Positions 1 through 11,332 of a DNA stretch of 64,000 nt are shown one piece after another. This DNA is from Eledone cirrhosa (lineage: Eukaryota): assembly GCA_964016885.1 (NCBI GenBank), contig OZ024741.1:71238001-71302000 (forward strand), given 5' to 3'. Positions within the stretch are counted from its first letter, which is position 1, and the number at the start of each line of letters is the position of its first letter. The notes below the pieces were generated by a model. It was not told the DNA's origin. It saw nothing but the letters and a program-made list of their open reading frames with translations, and did not search any database. Made by a program: the position numbers and the translations under genes.

Positions 1-102
1 GTAAGGATCATATCTGAAGCTATTGGTATTAGTATTGGTACAGTGAAGACAATTCTGACCGAATAACTGGAGCTCCACAATATCTGTGCCAAGTCCATGC
101 CA
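1..102 (+). pseudogene. Mariner (Tc1/mariner) transposase relic, HTH-to-WVP linker region
   Basis: Frame 1 reads VRIISEAIGISIGTVKTILTE*LELHNICAKSMP, matching the mariner pattern around 'IA..LGIS.GTV..IL...L...K.CA..VP'; one in-frame stop; runs off the window edge. Confidence 0.7.
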
Positions 103-269
103 TTTACATCTCACACCAATGCAGTTTTAACTAACCCTATAGGGTTGCATCTCATAGGAGCTTTTTTCAGATATTTTAATGATAAGTGCCCCCAGTCCTA
201 TCTTTGATATAGCTCACACTTACCTATCCAGGTTTAGCTGGCTTTCTACAAGGTTATTTCTCAAAAGCT

Positions 270-381
270 TAGTGAAATGAAGCATATTGCTCAAGAGCTC
301 AATGCGCTGTCCAGTTCAGTAATAAAACCTATGACCATATGATTGCGAGTCCAACACCCTAACCACTAGGCCATGTACCTT
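270..381 (-). mobile_element. tRNA-derived CORE-type SINE (family A), partial
   Basis: Reverse complement begins ggtacatggcctagtggttagggtgttggactcgcaatc (A-box-like head) followed by a ttgagcaa core; similar to copies at 4541, 18490, 35482 and 35583. Confidence 0.7.
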
Positions 382-488
382 CCCCAGCAGCCTGATGAAT
401 GGAACCAGTGAAAGAATTAAAGAATAACAATAGGGATTTCTTCTAATTCAGAGACATCGCCAAATCTTGAGAGTGATGATGGAAAATA

Positions 489-528
<40 letters not shown>

Positions 529-530
<2 letters not shown>

Positions 531-785
531 GATAAATCTACCAAGAGTTTACGGTAGTGTCCAATCCGTATGAAGAAAGTGTCCAATCCATTATTTCTGA
601 AGACGGCGTATATATGTGTTGGTATGTATATTTAATCTTGATAGTTTGTATAATTTTGTATAATTTTGTACATAGATCTGTTGAATATGCATGCCAACTC
701 TAACACATATATATCCTAGAAACGATCGTTAAATAATGAACTTTTTTTGTTTAATATAAGGAATTGTTTATTCATTATTTGTTTA

Positions 786-791
<6 letters not shown>
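529..791 (+). mobile_element. Penelope-like pseudo-LTR-derived element (subfamily 1) inside (TA)n
   Basis: Flanked on both sides by (TA)n; contains a hammerhead motif; its 5' segment agataaatctaccaa...ccgtatgaagaa and its gaaacgatcgt-aaataatga segment recur at 25861 and 26113. Confidence 0.7.
589..738 (+). ncRNA. Type-I hammerhead ribozyme motif with very long stem II
   Basis: Stem I cattattt(589-596)/aaataatg(731-738); CTGAAGA 597-603; stem II tatatatgtgttgg...taacacatatata; GAAA 719-722; palindromic stem III ACGATCGT; GUU triplet, predicted cut after 730. The stem II closing pair is C.A (degenerate). Confidence 0.75.
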
Positions 792-822
<31 letters not shown>

Positions 823-1240
823 CCATATGGAAAATATATAGAATAAGTAGTTAAAGAGATAAATAAAAAGGAATGCATCTAAAGGGAAGAAGTGAGAGGA
901 GAAAGCAGTTATGGAGGAGGTGATACCTGTGATAGTGCCAGTGTTAGTAGTGTGATAGTGGTGGTGGTGACAATGGAAGGGGTGCCCTTGGCAGCAGAGG
1001 AGGGTGTGGTGGGATAATTTCAACATTTTAATGAGATCCAAAAGGATAATAGAAACAACAACAAGCACAAGAAAAAGAATAGAAAAGAATAGATAGATAG
1101 ATAAATGAGTAAATAAATAGATAAATAAATAACTATAGGTAATGAGAGAAGTGGAGTGGAGTGGAAAGTGCCAGATGGAGGAGGAGGAGGTTAAGAAACT
1201 AGGTTAACTAAGAGAAGGAAGCCACCTGGAATAAGTAAAC

Positions 1241-3057
1241 ATACCCTCACCACTACCCTACTCTACCCCAATATACCACTACATCTACCTCTAACAGCGA
1301 ACACCCTCACCACTACCCTACTCTACCCCAATATACCACTACATCTACCTCTAACAGCGAACACCCTCACCACTACCCTACCCTACCCCAATATACCACT
1401 ACATCTACCTCTAACAACGAACACCCTCACCACTACCCTACTCTACCCCAATATACCACTACATCTACCTCTAACAGCAAACACCCTCACCACTACCCTA
1501 CCCCAATATACCACTACATCTACTTCTAACAACGAACACCCTCACCACTACCCTACTCTACCCCAACATACCACTACATCTACCTCTAACAGCGAACACC
1601 CTCACCACTACCCTACCCTACCCCAATATACCACTACATCTACCTCTAACAGCGAACACCCTCACCACTACCCTACCCTACCCCAATATACCACTACATC
1701 TACCTCTAACAACGAACACCCTCACCACTACCCTACTCTACCCCAATATACCACTACATCTACCTCTAACAGCAAACACCCTCACCACTACCCTACCCCA
1801 ATATACCACTACATCTACTTCTAACAACGAACACCCTCACCACTACCCTACTCTACCCCAACATACCACTACATCTACCTCTAACAGCGAACACCCTCAC
1901 CACTACCCTACCCTACCCCAATATACCACTACATCTACCTCTAACAACGAACACCCTCACCACTACCCTACCCCAATATACCACTACATCTACCTCTAAC
2001 AAGAACACCCTCACCACTACCCTACCCCAATATACCACTACATCTACCTCTAACAAGAACACCCTCACCACTACCCTACTCTACCCCAATATACCACTAC
2101 ATCTACCTCTAACAAGAACACCCTCACCACTACCCTACCCCAATATACCACTACATCTAACAACGAACACCCTCACCACTACCCTACCCTACCCCAATAT
2201 ACCACTACATCTACCTCTAACAAGAACACCCTCACCACTACCCTACCCTACCCCAATATACCACTACATCTACCTCTAACAAGACCACCCTCACCACTAC
2301 CCTACCCTACCCCAATATACCACTACATCTACTTCTAACAACGAACACCCTCACCACTACCCTACCCAATATACCACTACATCTACCTCTAACAACGAAC
2401 ACCCTCACCACTACCCTACCCCAATATACCACTACATCTACCTCTAACAACGAACACCCTCACCACTACCCTACCCCAATATACCACTACATCTACCTCT
2501 AACAATGAACACCCTCACCACTACCCTACCCCAATATACCACTACATCTACCTCTAACAACGAACACCCTCACCACTACCCTACCCAATATACCACTACA
2601 TCTACCTCTAACAATGAACACCCTCACCACTACCCTACCCCAATATACCACTACATCTACCTCTAACAATGAACACCCTCACCACTACCCTACTCAACCT
2701 ACCATGCAACTACACCTACCCTACAACCACCCTTACCACTACCCTACCCAATATGCCACCAAATCTACCTCTAACGATGAACACCCTCACCTCTACTCTA
2801 CGAAATATGCTGCTAAATCTACCCCTAACAAAAAACACCCTCAACACAACCCTACTCTACCCAATATTCCACAACACCTACCCTACAACAACCCTCATCA
2901 CTACCCTACCTAATATGCCACCAAATCTACCCCTAACAATGAACACCCTCACCACTACCCTAACCAATATGCCACAACACCTACCCTACAACCACACTCA
3001 CCACTACCCTAGCCCATCTACCATGCCACCACATCTACCCTACAACCACCCCTAACA
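1241..3057. repeat. ~55-60 bp minisatellite (aacaccctcaccactaccctactctaccccaatataccactacatctacctctaacagcg), degenerating after ~2700
   Basis: Unit directly visible and repeated in tandem, with 5-bp CCCTA indel variants; explains ORFs 2614..2913 and 2669..3055. Confidence 0.95.
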
Positions 3058-3280
3058 GCAAACATCCTCACACATCATCCATATATGATGAAGAAGCTTA
3101 ACAAAAGACCTGATGAAAGAAACAATGGTAAATGTTTCTCAATGGCACCAGATGATGGATTAGATAATGTAATTGGTAATGTTTAGTGAATGAGAGACAA
3201 ATTCACCCTGGATAGACAGGCAAACAATTACAGGTACTTTCCAAACATGGAAAAGCAGCTATAATACAAAAAGTTATGGT

Positions 3281-3467
3281 TTAACCCCTATGCAACTGTA
3301 TTTCTAATAAAATATATTTTATTTCTATTAATTAATGAATTTAATTACTAAGTAACTTGACATATGGTTCTTATATAAAATTATGTTGGGAGATTTTAAT
3401 TAAAAAGGGTGGGTTTGTTTTATAGAGCCAGAGTCAATTTGAGGTGAGTTGGTATCAAAAGGGTTAA
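3281..3467. mobile_element. TTAA-flanked MITE-like element (piggyBac-type ends)
   Basis: ttaacccc...aaaagggttaa termini; the ggtatcaaaagggttaa end is the reverse complement of the ttaacccttttgatacc end at 47469. Confidence 0.5.
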
Positions 3468-3477
3468 AAAAAAAGTC

Positions 3478-3730
3478 ATAACCTAGTAGTTAGGGTGTCC
3501 AGCTTACAATTCCTGGACTGGATGATGCATTGTGTTCTTGAGCAAAACACTTCATTTCATGTTGCACCAATCAACTCAGTTGAAAATGAGTACCAGCAAC
3601 AGGAGGAAGAAACTGGTCCTGCAATGGACTGCTGCCCTGTTCAGAGAAGAGTCCTGTACTCCCAGTCAATTAACACCAATGAAATTAAGATAAGCTCTGG
3701 CCTGATGAATCTCCAGGCTTAGAAGAGAAG
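3478..3730 (+). mobile_element. CORE-type SINE (family A), degenerate
   Basis: cctagtagttagggtgt head, ttgtgttcttgagcaaaacacttcatttca core, ggataagctctggcctgatga tail as in the 4541 copy. Confidence 0.65.
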
Positions 3731-3829
3731 ATTTTAAATTAATTCAAACCATCTAAGAGAGCAGTCACACTGAATAAAAACTGATACAGTGTAAAGAAAA
3801 CCCTTAAGTTCTATCAGACAATCTCTTAG

Positions 3830-4125
3830 TACTGGTGACATGATAAAATGCACCCAGTCTATGTTGTTAAGTGGTTGGTGATAGGAAAGGCATCAAGAAA
3901 GAAAAACCCTGCCAATACTGTGTATTCAGGACTAACATCAATCATGTCAGTGCTGCTCATATTAGTGGAATGGCTAATCTCACCATGTGCAAGAACTCCT
4001 CAACTGTCATCAAGTGATTGCACAACCAATTTCCCCTTCAGGTACAGAAACCTGCTACCAAAAGACTGTCCAACCCATCCAAACATGGAAAAATGGGTGT
4101 AAAAGGATGATTATGATGATGATGT
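3830..4125 (+). mobile_element. RTE-3'UTR-type short element
   Basis: gcacccagt...tggttggtgataggaaaggcatc...ccaacccatccaaacatggaaaa...(gat)n tail, shared with the RTE LINE 3' ends in this window. Confidence 0.6.
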
Positions 4126-4540
4126 ATATATATACAAACAGACACACACACATCAGACATATGCTATTAGTAAATAGTCAAGGTAGGTTATAGGCACTGA
4201 TTAAATAAATTGCTCACCCAAGCTCTCTGACATGGAACTGGCAGCCATGTTAAAGTGTTGATCACGTGATTATCATGTTAAGTCACATGATAAGTAAATG
4301 CAATGCATACAACGCTACAATAATATTAGTATAACAGTGATATTACATCTCCTGGAAACAAATTGGTTTAATTCCTTTCCTCATTCAAGAACTGAGTCTT
4401 AACAGCATTTACAATATGGGTTCCAGTATCAGTTGGCAAATTAGAGTTTTCATTAACAGAATCTGGAATATCATTTAAAGCTTGTATTGCCATACTTAAC
4501 AAAAATATATATGTTTATATATAATAAATATATATATATG

Positions 4541-4800
4541 TGGAGACACATGGCCTAGTGGTGAGGGTGTTGAACTTACGATTATAATGTCATGGGTTCG
4601 ATTCTAGAGCAAAACACTTCATTTCACTTTGCTCCAATATACTCAGCTGAAAATTAGTATCAGCAATAGCTGGGGAGTTCAATCTTGCAATGGACTAGTG
4701 TCCTGTCCAGGGAGCTAGGGAATCTTGTACTCTCAGTCACTTCAAGCCACAGAAACTAGGATAAGCACCGGCCTGATGAGCCTCCAGGCTCAAGACAGAC
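4541..4800 (+). mobile_element. tRNA-derived CORE-type SINE (family A)
   Basis: tggcctagtggtgaggg (A box), gggttcgattct (B box), gagcaaaacacttcatttcac core, tail ggataagcaccggcctgatgagcc ending in (gaca)n. Confidence 0.8.
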
Positions 4801-4997
4801 AGACAGACTTGATGTGCATATGTGTGAAAGTGTGTGTGTGATATTATATTACTGAGATTACTTTCTGTTACTACTCTGAATTTCACAGATTGCCACTGAT
4901 CATGCAATATATATGTAATGAAAACAAAGTACATTGGGAAAACTGGTACAATGGTAACAGAAATATTAATTGGAACTGTATGATAAAGCAAAATATC

Positions 4998-5228
4998 TTA
5001 CCCTATATATTCGGTGATCTTTCAAGGTAAACACCTTTTCAAATGACAAGTGAAGATGAATGAAGTGTCCTGTTCCCACAGACTTTTCCTGTTGTGTAGT
5101 TGACCGTTGGTGGAATTGTGACATCACACAACACAAGAAAGGTTCATGGGAACAGGACAATTCACTTTTTTCTGTTCGTCATTTGAAAAGATCTATACCT
5201 TGAAATATCATAAAATATATAGAGGTAA
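4998..5228. other. ~230-nt imperfect hairpin / inverted repeat, unassigned
   Basis: Nested complementary blocks: tttcaaggta/taccttgaaa, cttttcaaatgac/gtcatttgaaaag, tgtcctgttccca/tgggaacaggaca, tgttgtgt/acacaaca, ttaccctatatat/atatatagaggtaa. Confidence 0.85.
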
Positions 5229-5476
5229 ACCATTATTTTATTGTTCTTTTTTTATTTTTTTTAACCTACACTAATTCCACCTTTATGTTTCTATCCACAT
5301 TGTACCGGCTTTCCCAACACTCATATATTAGACACCTTACAATGCTTCATATAATATATATAGACAGCAGGGAGAAGGGACATTAAATGAGAGAGAGATA
5401 TAGATAATATATATACAATATACCCCCAGCATTCGTTGTCCCAGTTATTTGCGAAATTTTCCTTAGAACCTAACTA

Positions 5477-5665
5477 ATAATTGTTTCTACTTTAGGCACA
5501 AGGCCAGCAATTATCCAGTGCATTACTGGTACTTTATTTCATCGACCCCGTAAGGATGAAAGGCAAAGTCAACCTCGGCAGGATTTGAACTCAGATCGTA
5601 AAGGGACGTAACTATGCTGGAAAGCATGGTGTCTGACCCTCTACCGATACTGCCAATCCACCGCT
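5477..5665 (-). mobile_element. tRNA-derived SINE family B (core gttgactttgcctttcatccttacggggtcgat)
   Basis: Very similar to copies at 17500, 30738, 33653 and 46676; B-box-like gagttcaaatcc; the core resembles, from memory, the Meta/MESC SINE domain. Confidence 0.85.
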
Positions 5666-5989
5666 AATAATAGTTTGTGGAAACCACCGCATATTCATGG
5701 AATTGTAAATATCTTGTGTAATTTTTTAAAGCTTTTTCGTGGCAATATATTTTTTTAATGCTAAATTTTATTAATAACAATATACAGTATTTGCCAGCCT
5801 ATTGGACGCCCCTCTTTTTTTTTTTTTATTATATTCACACCTTTTATATCAGATTTATACACATACACACTTTATGTATATGAATGTGTGTGAATCTTTT
5901 CTTTTTTATTGTAATGTTTAAATACACCAACTTAGTAAGAATCTAATAGGTTGATACTATAGGCTGAAATTTCAAACAGAATAGTTTGC

Positions 5990-6450
5990 TTGTGAAATTA
6001 TCATGCAAAGTGACTGAGCCTTCCTCAGTCATGTGCACTTAACCCTTTAGCATTTACATTACTCTATATTTACTATTGTATTTTCACTGTAACGGTTTTA
6101 TCTCACATAATATCGAATCTATGAGATTTTGATATTATTTATTTTGCAAACAATACCTTAACATAAGTATGAGTGGCCGGTTATGGCCAGTTTGAACAGA
6201 AAGAAGAGAGGGAATTCTGGCCAGATATGGCCGGTTTAAATGTTAAAGGGTTAATGAAGTTCATTAGGAGATTCAGTGTGATAATACATGACAAGGCTGA
6301 ATGACAGGTACAACTCATTTTTGCCAGCTGAGTGAACTGAAGCTATATGAAATAAAGTGTCTAGTTCAAGGATATAATGAGCTGCCTAGTCTAGGAATTG
6401 AACTCACGACATTATAATTGTGACTCCTGTATAATAACGACTACACCACA
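5990..6450 (-). mobile_element. CORE-type SINE (family A) interrupted by a MITE
   Basis: ggagattcagtgtga, tgacaaggct, ccagctgagtgaactg and ggaattgaactcacgac match the reverse complement of the 35583 copy on both sides of the insert. Confidence 0.65.
6039..6254. mobile_element. piggyBac-type MITE with TTAA target duplication
   Basis: TIRs ccctttagcattta / taaatgttaaaggg, TTAA on both sides; second copy at 8661-8883. Confidence 0.8.
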
Positions 6451-6650
6451 TGATTTTCCTTATATATACAATGCATATAATGCATGTAATATATATAATG
6501 TATGTAATATATAATGTATCTCTTTTCAGTGTATGTATCCAGTTTAGAATAGGTACACCATAATCCTGAGTGTCGTAAACCTTGCCCAGAAATGACTCCA
6601 GGTCATAGGGCCTGTAAAGCTAACTAACCACTGCTTTAACATAATACTCA

Positions 6651-7080
6651 TAACCCATTCATTACCATATTTCTGATGAAAGACACTACCTATACTCCAA
6701 ATTATTTTTTAAATAATCAAAAATTTAAAAGGATTTAGTGATAATATAACTTTCTCATTAAGTAAGTATTTGAAACAATTCAACAAAGTTTCTTATAATG
6801 GAAGGATTTTATATGATGATGATAAACACTAACTCTAAATATTCTGTACAATATAAAACCACATTAGCAAGACATTCTTGAAAAATACAAGACTATTACA
6901 TAAACTGCAAATTTTCACAATGATCTTTGCACTAATAAAGTTAATATAAACATTTGCAAACACAAGCCTGTTATTAGATATTTTCTGCTAAACCATTACA
7001 GGTTGTTAACAGTTAAAATAAACAGCTATGTGTCATAGAACCAGAGCAGTTTCAGGAAGTTTGGCTTCAAAAAGGTTTAA
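6651..7080. mobile_element. Degenerate TTAA-type MITE-like element
   Basis: taacccattcattaccatatttct ... aaaaaggtttaa ends; related to 3281-3467 and, in reverse, to 47469-47933. Confidence 0.4.
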
Positions 7081-7114
7081 ATATTTGTTGTGTGTATATT
7101 ATTACCAAAGAGTT

Positions 7115-7455
7115 AGATTGGCAGAATCATTCGGATGTCAGACAAAATCCTTTTCAGTAGTTAGTTACAGCTCTCTATGTTTCGAGTTCAAATCCTGCTG
7201 AGGTCAGCTTTGCCTTCCATCCTCCAGGCATCTATAATATAATACATCAGTAAAGATGCTTGGGTTGAAAAAATTGACTTTCCCCTCTCCACAAACTGTT
7301 GGCCTTCTGCCTAAATTAGAAACCATTATTACCATTCTGAGTTCAAATCCCGCCGAGGTTAACTTTGCCTTTCATCCTTCCGGGGTCGATAAAATAAAGT
7401 ACCAGTAATGAACTGGGTAATTGCTGGCCTTGTGCCAAAAGTAGAAACAATTATT
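7115..7455 (+). mobile_element. Two tandem SINE family B copies (older full copy, younger 5'-truncated copy)
   Basis: gagttcaaatcc...gcctt(c/t)catcct core twice, both ending in agaaac(c/a)attatt. Confidence 0.75.
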
Positions 7456-8139
7456 ACCAAAGGGTTGCAAAATGAACTGCTAAACCAAATGCATGCCAGT
7501 GATCACCTAAACATTTTTACTCTCTCTCCCTGTGCAAATTATCCCATGCCTATAAACCTTTTAGATTTGTAAATAGTGGTGAGACAGGAGGCAGAGTATG
7601 TTTGTTGTTGTTTAGCCCCAGATTAGTTGTGACTAAGCAGATCCCTGATGAAAGATGGCTTTAACACCATCCCCATTCCATCTGTTTCTCAGTCAATGCA
7701 TATCTGGAACTAATTACTATTTTATCCAACATGCCCGACCTCCATCACCATTTCAAGATGCTTTAATTTGAAGGAAATTTGGCTGCTATTTCTAGCAGAA
7801 GGTATGATCATATATAGGCTATATGGATGATTAAACTTGTGTATATATATATATATATATTATTTATTTATTTGTGTGTGTGTGTGTGTGTGTGTTAGTT
7901 AGTTGCTCACTTCCTCTCTATTAAATGAAAGATAAGCAAATCATACTTCCTGATTTATGGTTCATTAAACCTAGAAATTATTTCAGATTATCAGAACCAT
8001 TTACTTTTTATACAGGTATACACAAACAAAAATACAAATACACACATACACACACATGTAGCCCCTCGCTCTACCTACAACCACCTCTATCACTGCTTCT
8101 TCAACCTGGCTGAGAACACAGTAAATGCCCTAATGTCAA

Positions 8140-8490
8140 AAATGGTAGAGCTGGTAGCACAACAAAACACACTCAGCTCACACTTTAAAGTGGTAGTGGT
8201 AATGCTGGTGCCACAATAAAAGCACCCAGTCTGCCTTATAAAGCAGCAGTCCTGGTGCCATGATAAAAACACACAGTCCACCTTGCTATGTGGTAGTGGC
8301 AGTGCCACATTAAAACACACTTGTTACATGCCATAAAGTGTTTGGCATTAGAAAGAGCATCCAACCATAGAATCATTGCCAAAATGGAATGTGAGCAAGA
8401 CATAGTCATCTGTAAGGCCTAGCCTCATAACTTGACAACCCATCTAACCCATCCAAGTATGGAAAATAGACATAAAATGATGATGATGAT
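8140..8490 (+). mobile_element. RTE-3'UTR-type element with ~4 degenerate ~46-bp modules
   Basis: Repeated ggtgccac...aaaa(g/c)cac(c/a)cagt modules, then tttggcattagaaagagcatcc...taacccatccaagtatggaaaa(tga)n. Confidence 0.6.
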
Positions 8491-8660
8491 ATATGTATAC
8501 ACATACATGCATATGTGCATACATACTCATCACACACATATACACATACATACATATAAATATATATGTAAACATCTCTGTTTCAGCTACCTCACTGGGT
8601 CCTCAGATAGTGATAATCTAGCAACACTTGAAAAATACAAAATATCAAATATGAATTCCA

Positions 8661-8883
8661 ATTTACATTACTCTATATTTACTATTGTATTTTCACAGTA
8701 AACCCTTTATCTCACATAATATCGAATCTATGAGATTTTGATGTTATTTATTTTGAGAACAATACCTTAACATAAGTATGAGCACCCAGTTACAGCTGGT
8801 TTGAACAGAAAGAGGTGAGAGAATTCTGGCTGGATATGGCTGGATATGGCTGGATATGGCCGGTTTAAATGCTAAAGGGTTAA
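8661..8883. mobile_element. Second copy of the 6039 MITE, left end missing
   Basis: Near-identical internal sequence (atttacattactctatatttactattgtatttt...), right TIR taaatgctaaagggttaa; a 10-bp ggctggatat unit is triplicated. Confidence 0.8.
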
Positions 8884-9269
8884 ATTGCTGGTTGATTCAT
8901 TTAACCTCATACACCCTGAAACCCTGACAGAAATCTACAAAACTGTTATATCCTTCATATTTTGTGTGGACCCCATAACTCTGATAGTTCCGTGGGGGCA
9001 CAGTCATGACATACCGTATGCCATGGTCACTTTAAACCTGGTGGAGCCCAGCCCTCTCCAGGTCAGAACACAGCTGAAAAATCTACCCCAGCACTCAACT
9101 GAAACTTTATCAATATTCAAAAGATAAAAAGCAAAGTTGACCCCGGCAGGTTTTGAACTCTGAACACAGACAGCCAGAAAGAAAACTGCAAAGCATTCTA
9201 TCCAACATTCTAATGATTCAGCCAATTTGTTGCCTGTCCTTTGTATAGTATATAGAAACTAACAACTTC

Positions 9270-9600
9270 AGTGCTAACCCAATGAATTACTAAAGACTAC
9301 TATCTTGATAATTATATCTACAGCCATCTTGACCTAGTGACCTACTTAAGTGTACTCTGCTGACTTGGTAACCTACTAAAATCTTTACTGCTGACCCAAT
9401 AACCTATAAAGTTCTTCAGTCATGATACAGTGACATATTAAAGTTTTCAATGTTCACCTCCAACTACCTACTGGAATCTATCTACTATGCTGACCTAGTG
9501 ACATCTACACTGATGACACTAGTACCTACTGAGGTCAACTCTGCTGACTCAATGACCTATTGAGGTCTACTGTACTGACCTAACCATCTACTAAGGTAGT
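9270..9600. repeat. Old degenerate ~30-bp tandem repeat (ctgacctagtgacctactgaggtctact-like)
   Basis: tgacc.ag/atgacctact motif recurs at roughly 30-bp spacing. Confidence 0.6.
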
Positions 9601-10089
9601 CTTGATTCTAATGAACCAGAATAAGCTCTGGTCTGACAAGCCTCTGGGCTTGGAACAGACTTTATCTTTAACTATAACCATTAAATTATACATTTTTCTG
9701 CATAGAATCAATTATGCTTTTCATACCTCAAGGGTTGATAATATATTTAACAGTCATTCTGAGATCAATTTAATCTATTGTACATCTATTGCAACTGCTG
9801 CAACCAGATCTGGCTATTCTATATTGGTCTCATAAACCACCAGTGAGCCAGCAATTGATATGAGCAAGCCCCTTTATAAATGTTCATTAGCAAAGACAAG
9901 TCATGATATCTGTGGTAGTTCAAAGTCCACCAGGGTAAACTTGGCCATTCAACTTTTCTGGGAGGGACAGGAGGTGCCAAAATAAAATATCACAGAATGG
10001 TCATAAGCTGACCTCAGAAAATGTTGTATCCTTGTTTTTTTGTATCAATTTTTCAAAGGTAGTGTTGGAAGAGTGTGAGATGAAAGGTC

Positions 10090-10345
10090 TATTTTGTTCT
10101 GGGCATGTGGTTAGAATGTCTCAAGAAAGAATTGCTGGACAGATATTACGGGCAAAACCAACCAACGGAAGACCCAGGGGTAGACCGCAAGCAAGATGAT
10201 TGGATCACATCCATAAGCTCAGCTAGTTTCACTTGGGGATCCAGCCAGATCAGTTGGAAATGGTTGCTTCTTACAGGACCCACTGGAAGAAGTGTTTAAG
10301 GATTGCCCCCACAGCCCTCTCAAGCATAAGTAGCCAGAGAAGAAG
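10090..10345 (+). mobile_element. RTE-like LINE 3' fragment (family also at 31300 and 46010)
   Basis: gggcatgtggttagaatgtctcaagaaagaattgc (GHVVRMSQERIA), ggcaaaaccaac, agggtagacc shared with 31950-32170 and 46050-46290. Confidence 0.65.
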
Positions 10346-10407
10346 ATAGTAATAGTAATACTAGTACCATCATAATCATTAATATTATTATTATTATTGT
10401 CACAGGA

Positions 10408-10660
10408 GTAGATTGGTAGAATCATTAAAGTATCTGATGAAATTAAATGTTTTACAGTATTTAGTTATGGCTTTACTGCCTGAGATATTCATTCTCTCTC
10501 ATTCTATTCAAATCTCACCAGGGTCAACTTTACCTTTTATCCCCCAAGGGTCGATAAAATAAACTACCAGTCAAGTATGGGGGCCGATATAATCAACTTT
10601 CCCCTCTCTCTTAAAAAATAAAATAAAATTGCTGGCTTTGTGTCGAACTTAAAGACCATT
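10408..10660 (+). mobile_element. SINE family B, degenerate
   Basis: gattggtagaatc head, ttcaaatctc, gtcaactttaccttttatcccccaagggtcgataaaataaactaccagt core. Confidence 0.7.
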
Positions 10661-10716
10661 TTGGATATCATAGTAAAATAAAAACAAAGAAAAAACTTGT
10701 TTCAGTTTCAACATAT

Positions 10717-10759
<43 letters not shown>

Positions 10760-10880
10760 CAGCAGCAGTAATAGTAGTAGTAGCAGCAGTAGTAGTAACA
10801 GTAGTAGTTAGCAGCAGTAGTAGTAGGAGTAGTAGTAGGAGTAGTAGTAGGAGTAGTAGTAGTAGTTAGCAGTAGTAGTG
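10717..10880. repeat. (TAG)n/(CAG)n microsatellite
   Basis: Directly visible. Confidence 0.95.
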
Positions 10881-11156
10881 GCTGTAGAAAAGCCTACATT
10901 ACAGACACACTCCTGCCAGAGTCCCACCCAATATTGTCATGATGGTCTGACCTGCAATGCTGACTCAGCACCCCTTTTCTATTCTTATGATTGATTAGTT
11001 TAAGGATGGGCTCTGATATCGCCCCCACTGACCTCACCGTACTTTAATCAATATATACACTCACCCAATCTTTTCTATATACATATGTGTATATATGCAA
11101 GTGTGTGTCAGTGAATCAATCAACTCACATCTTCCATATAAACATACATGTGTGTG

Positions 11157-11218
<62 letters not shown>

Positions 11219-11299
11219 TATCAATCAATCAACCCCCATCTCTCATATATACATATGTGTGTGCATGCATATCTATGTGAGAGAGAGAGAGAGCGAGAA

Positions 11300-11332
<33 letters not shown>

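Noticed and set aside
392-425. ctgatga-atggaaccagt-gaaa as a hammerhead
   Set aside because: Stem II is not viable and there is no complementary stem I.
4541-4620. tRNA genes at SINE heads
   Set aside because: A/B boxes run directly into SINE cores; no complete cloverleaf.
4772-4800. ctgatga gcc tcca ggc as a hammerhead core (also 3701)
   Set aside because: No GAAA, stem III or stem I; it is the SINE tail hairpin.
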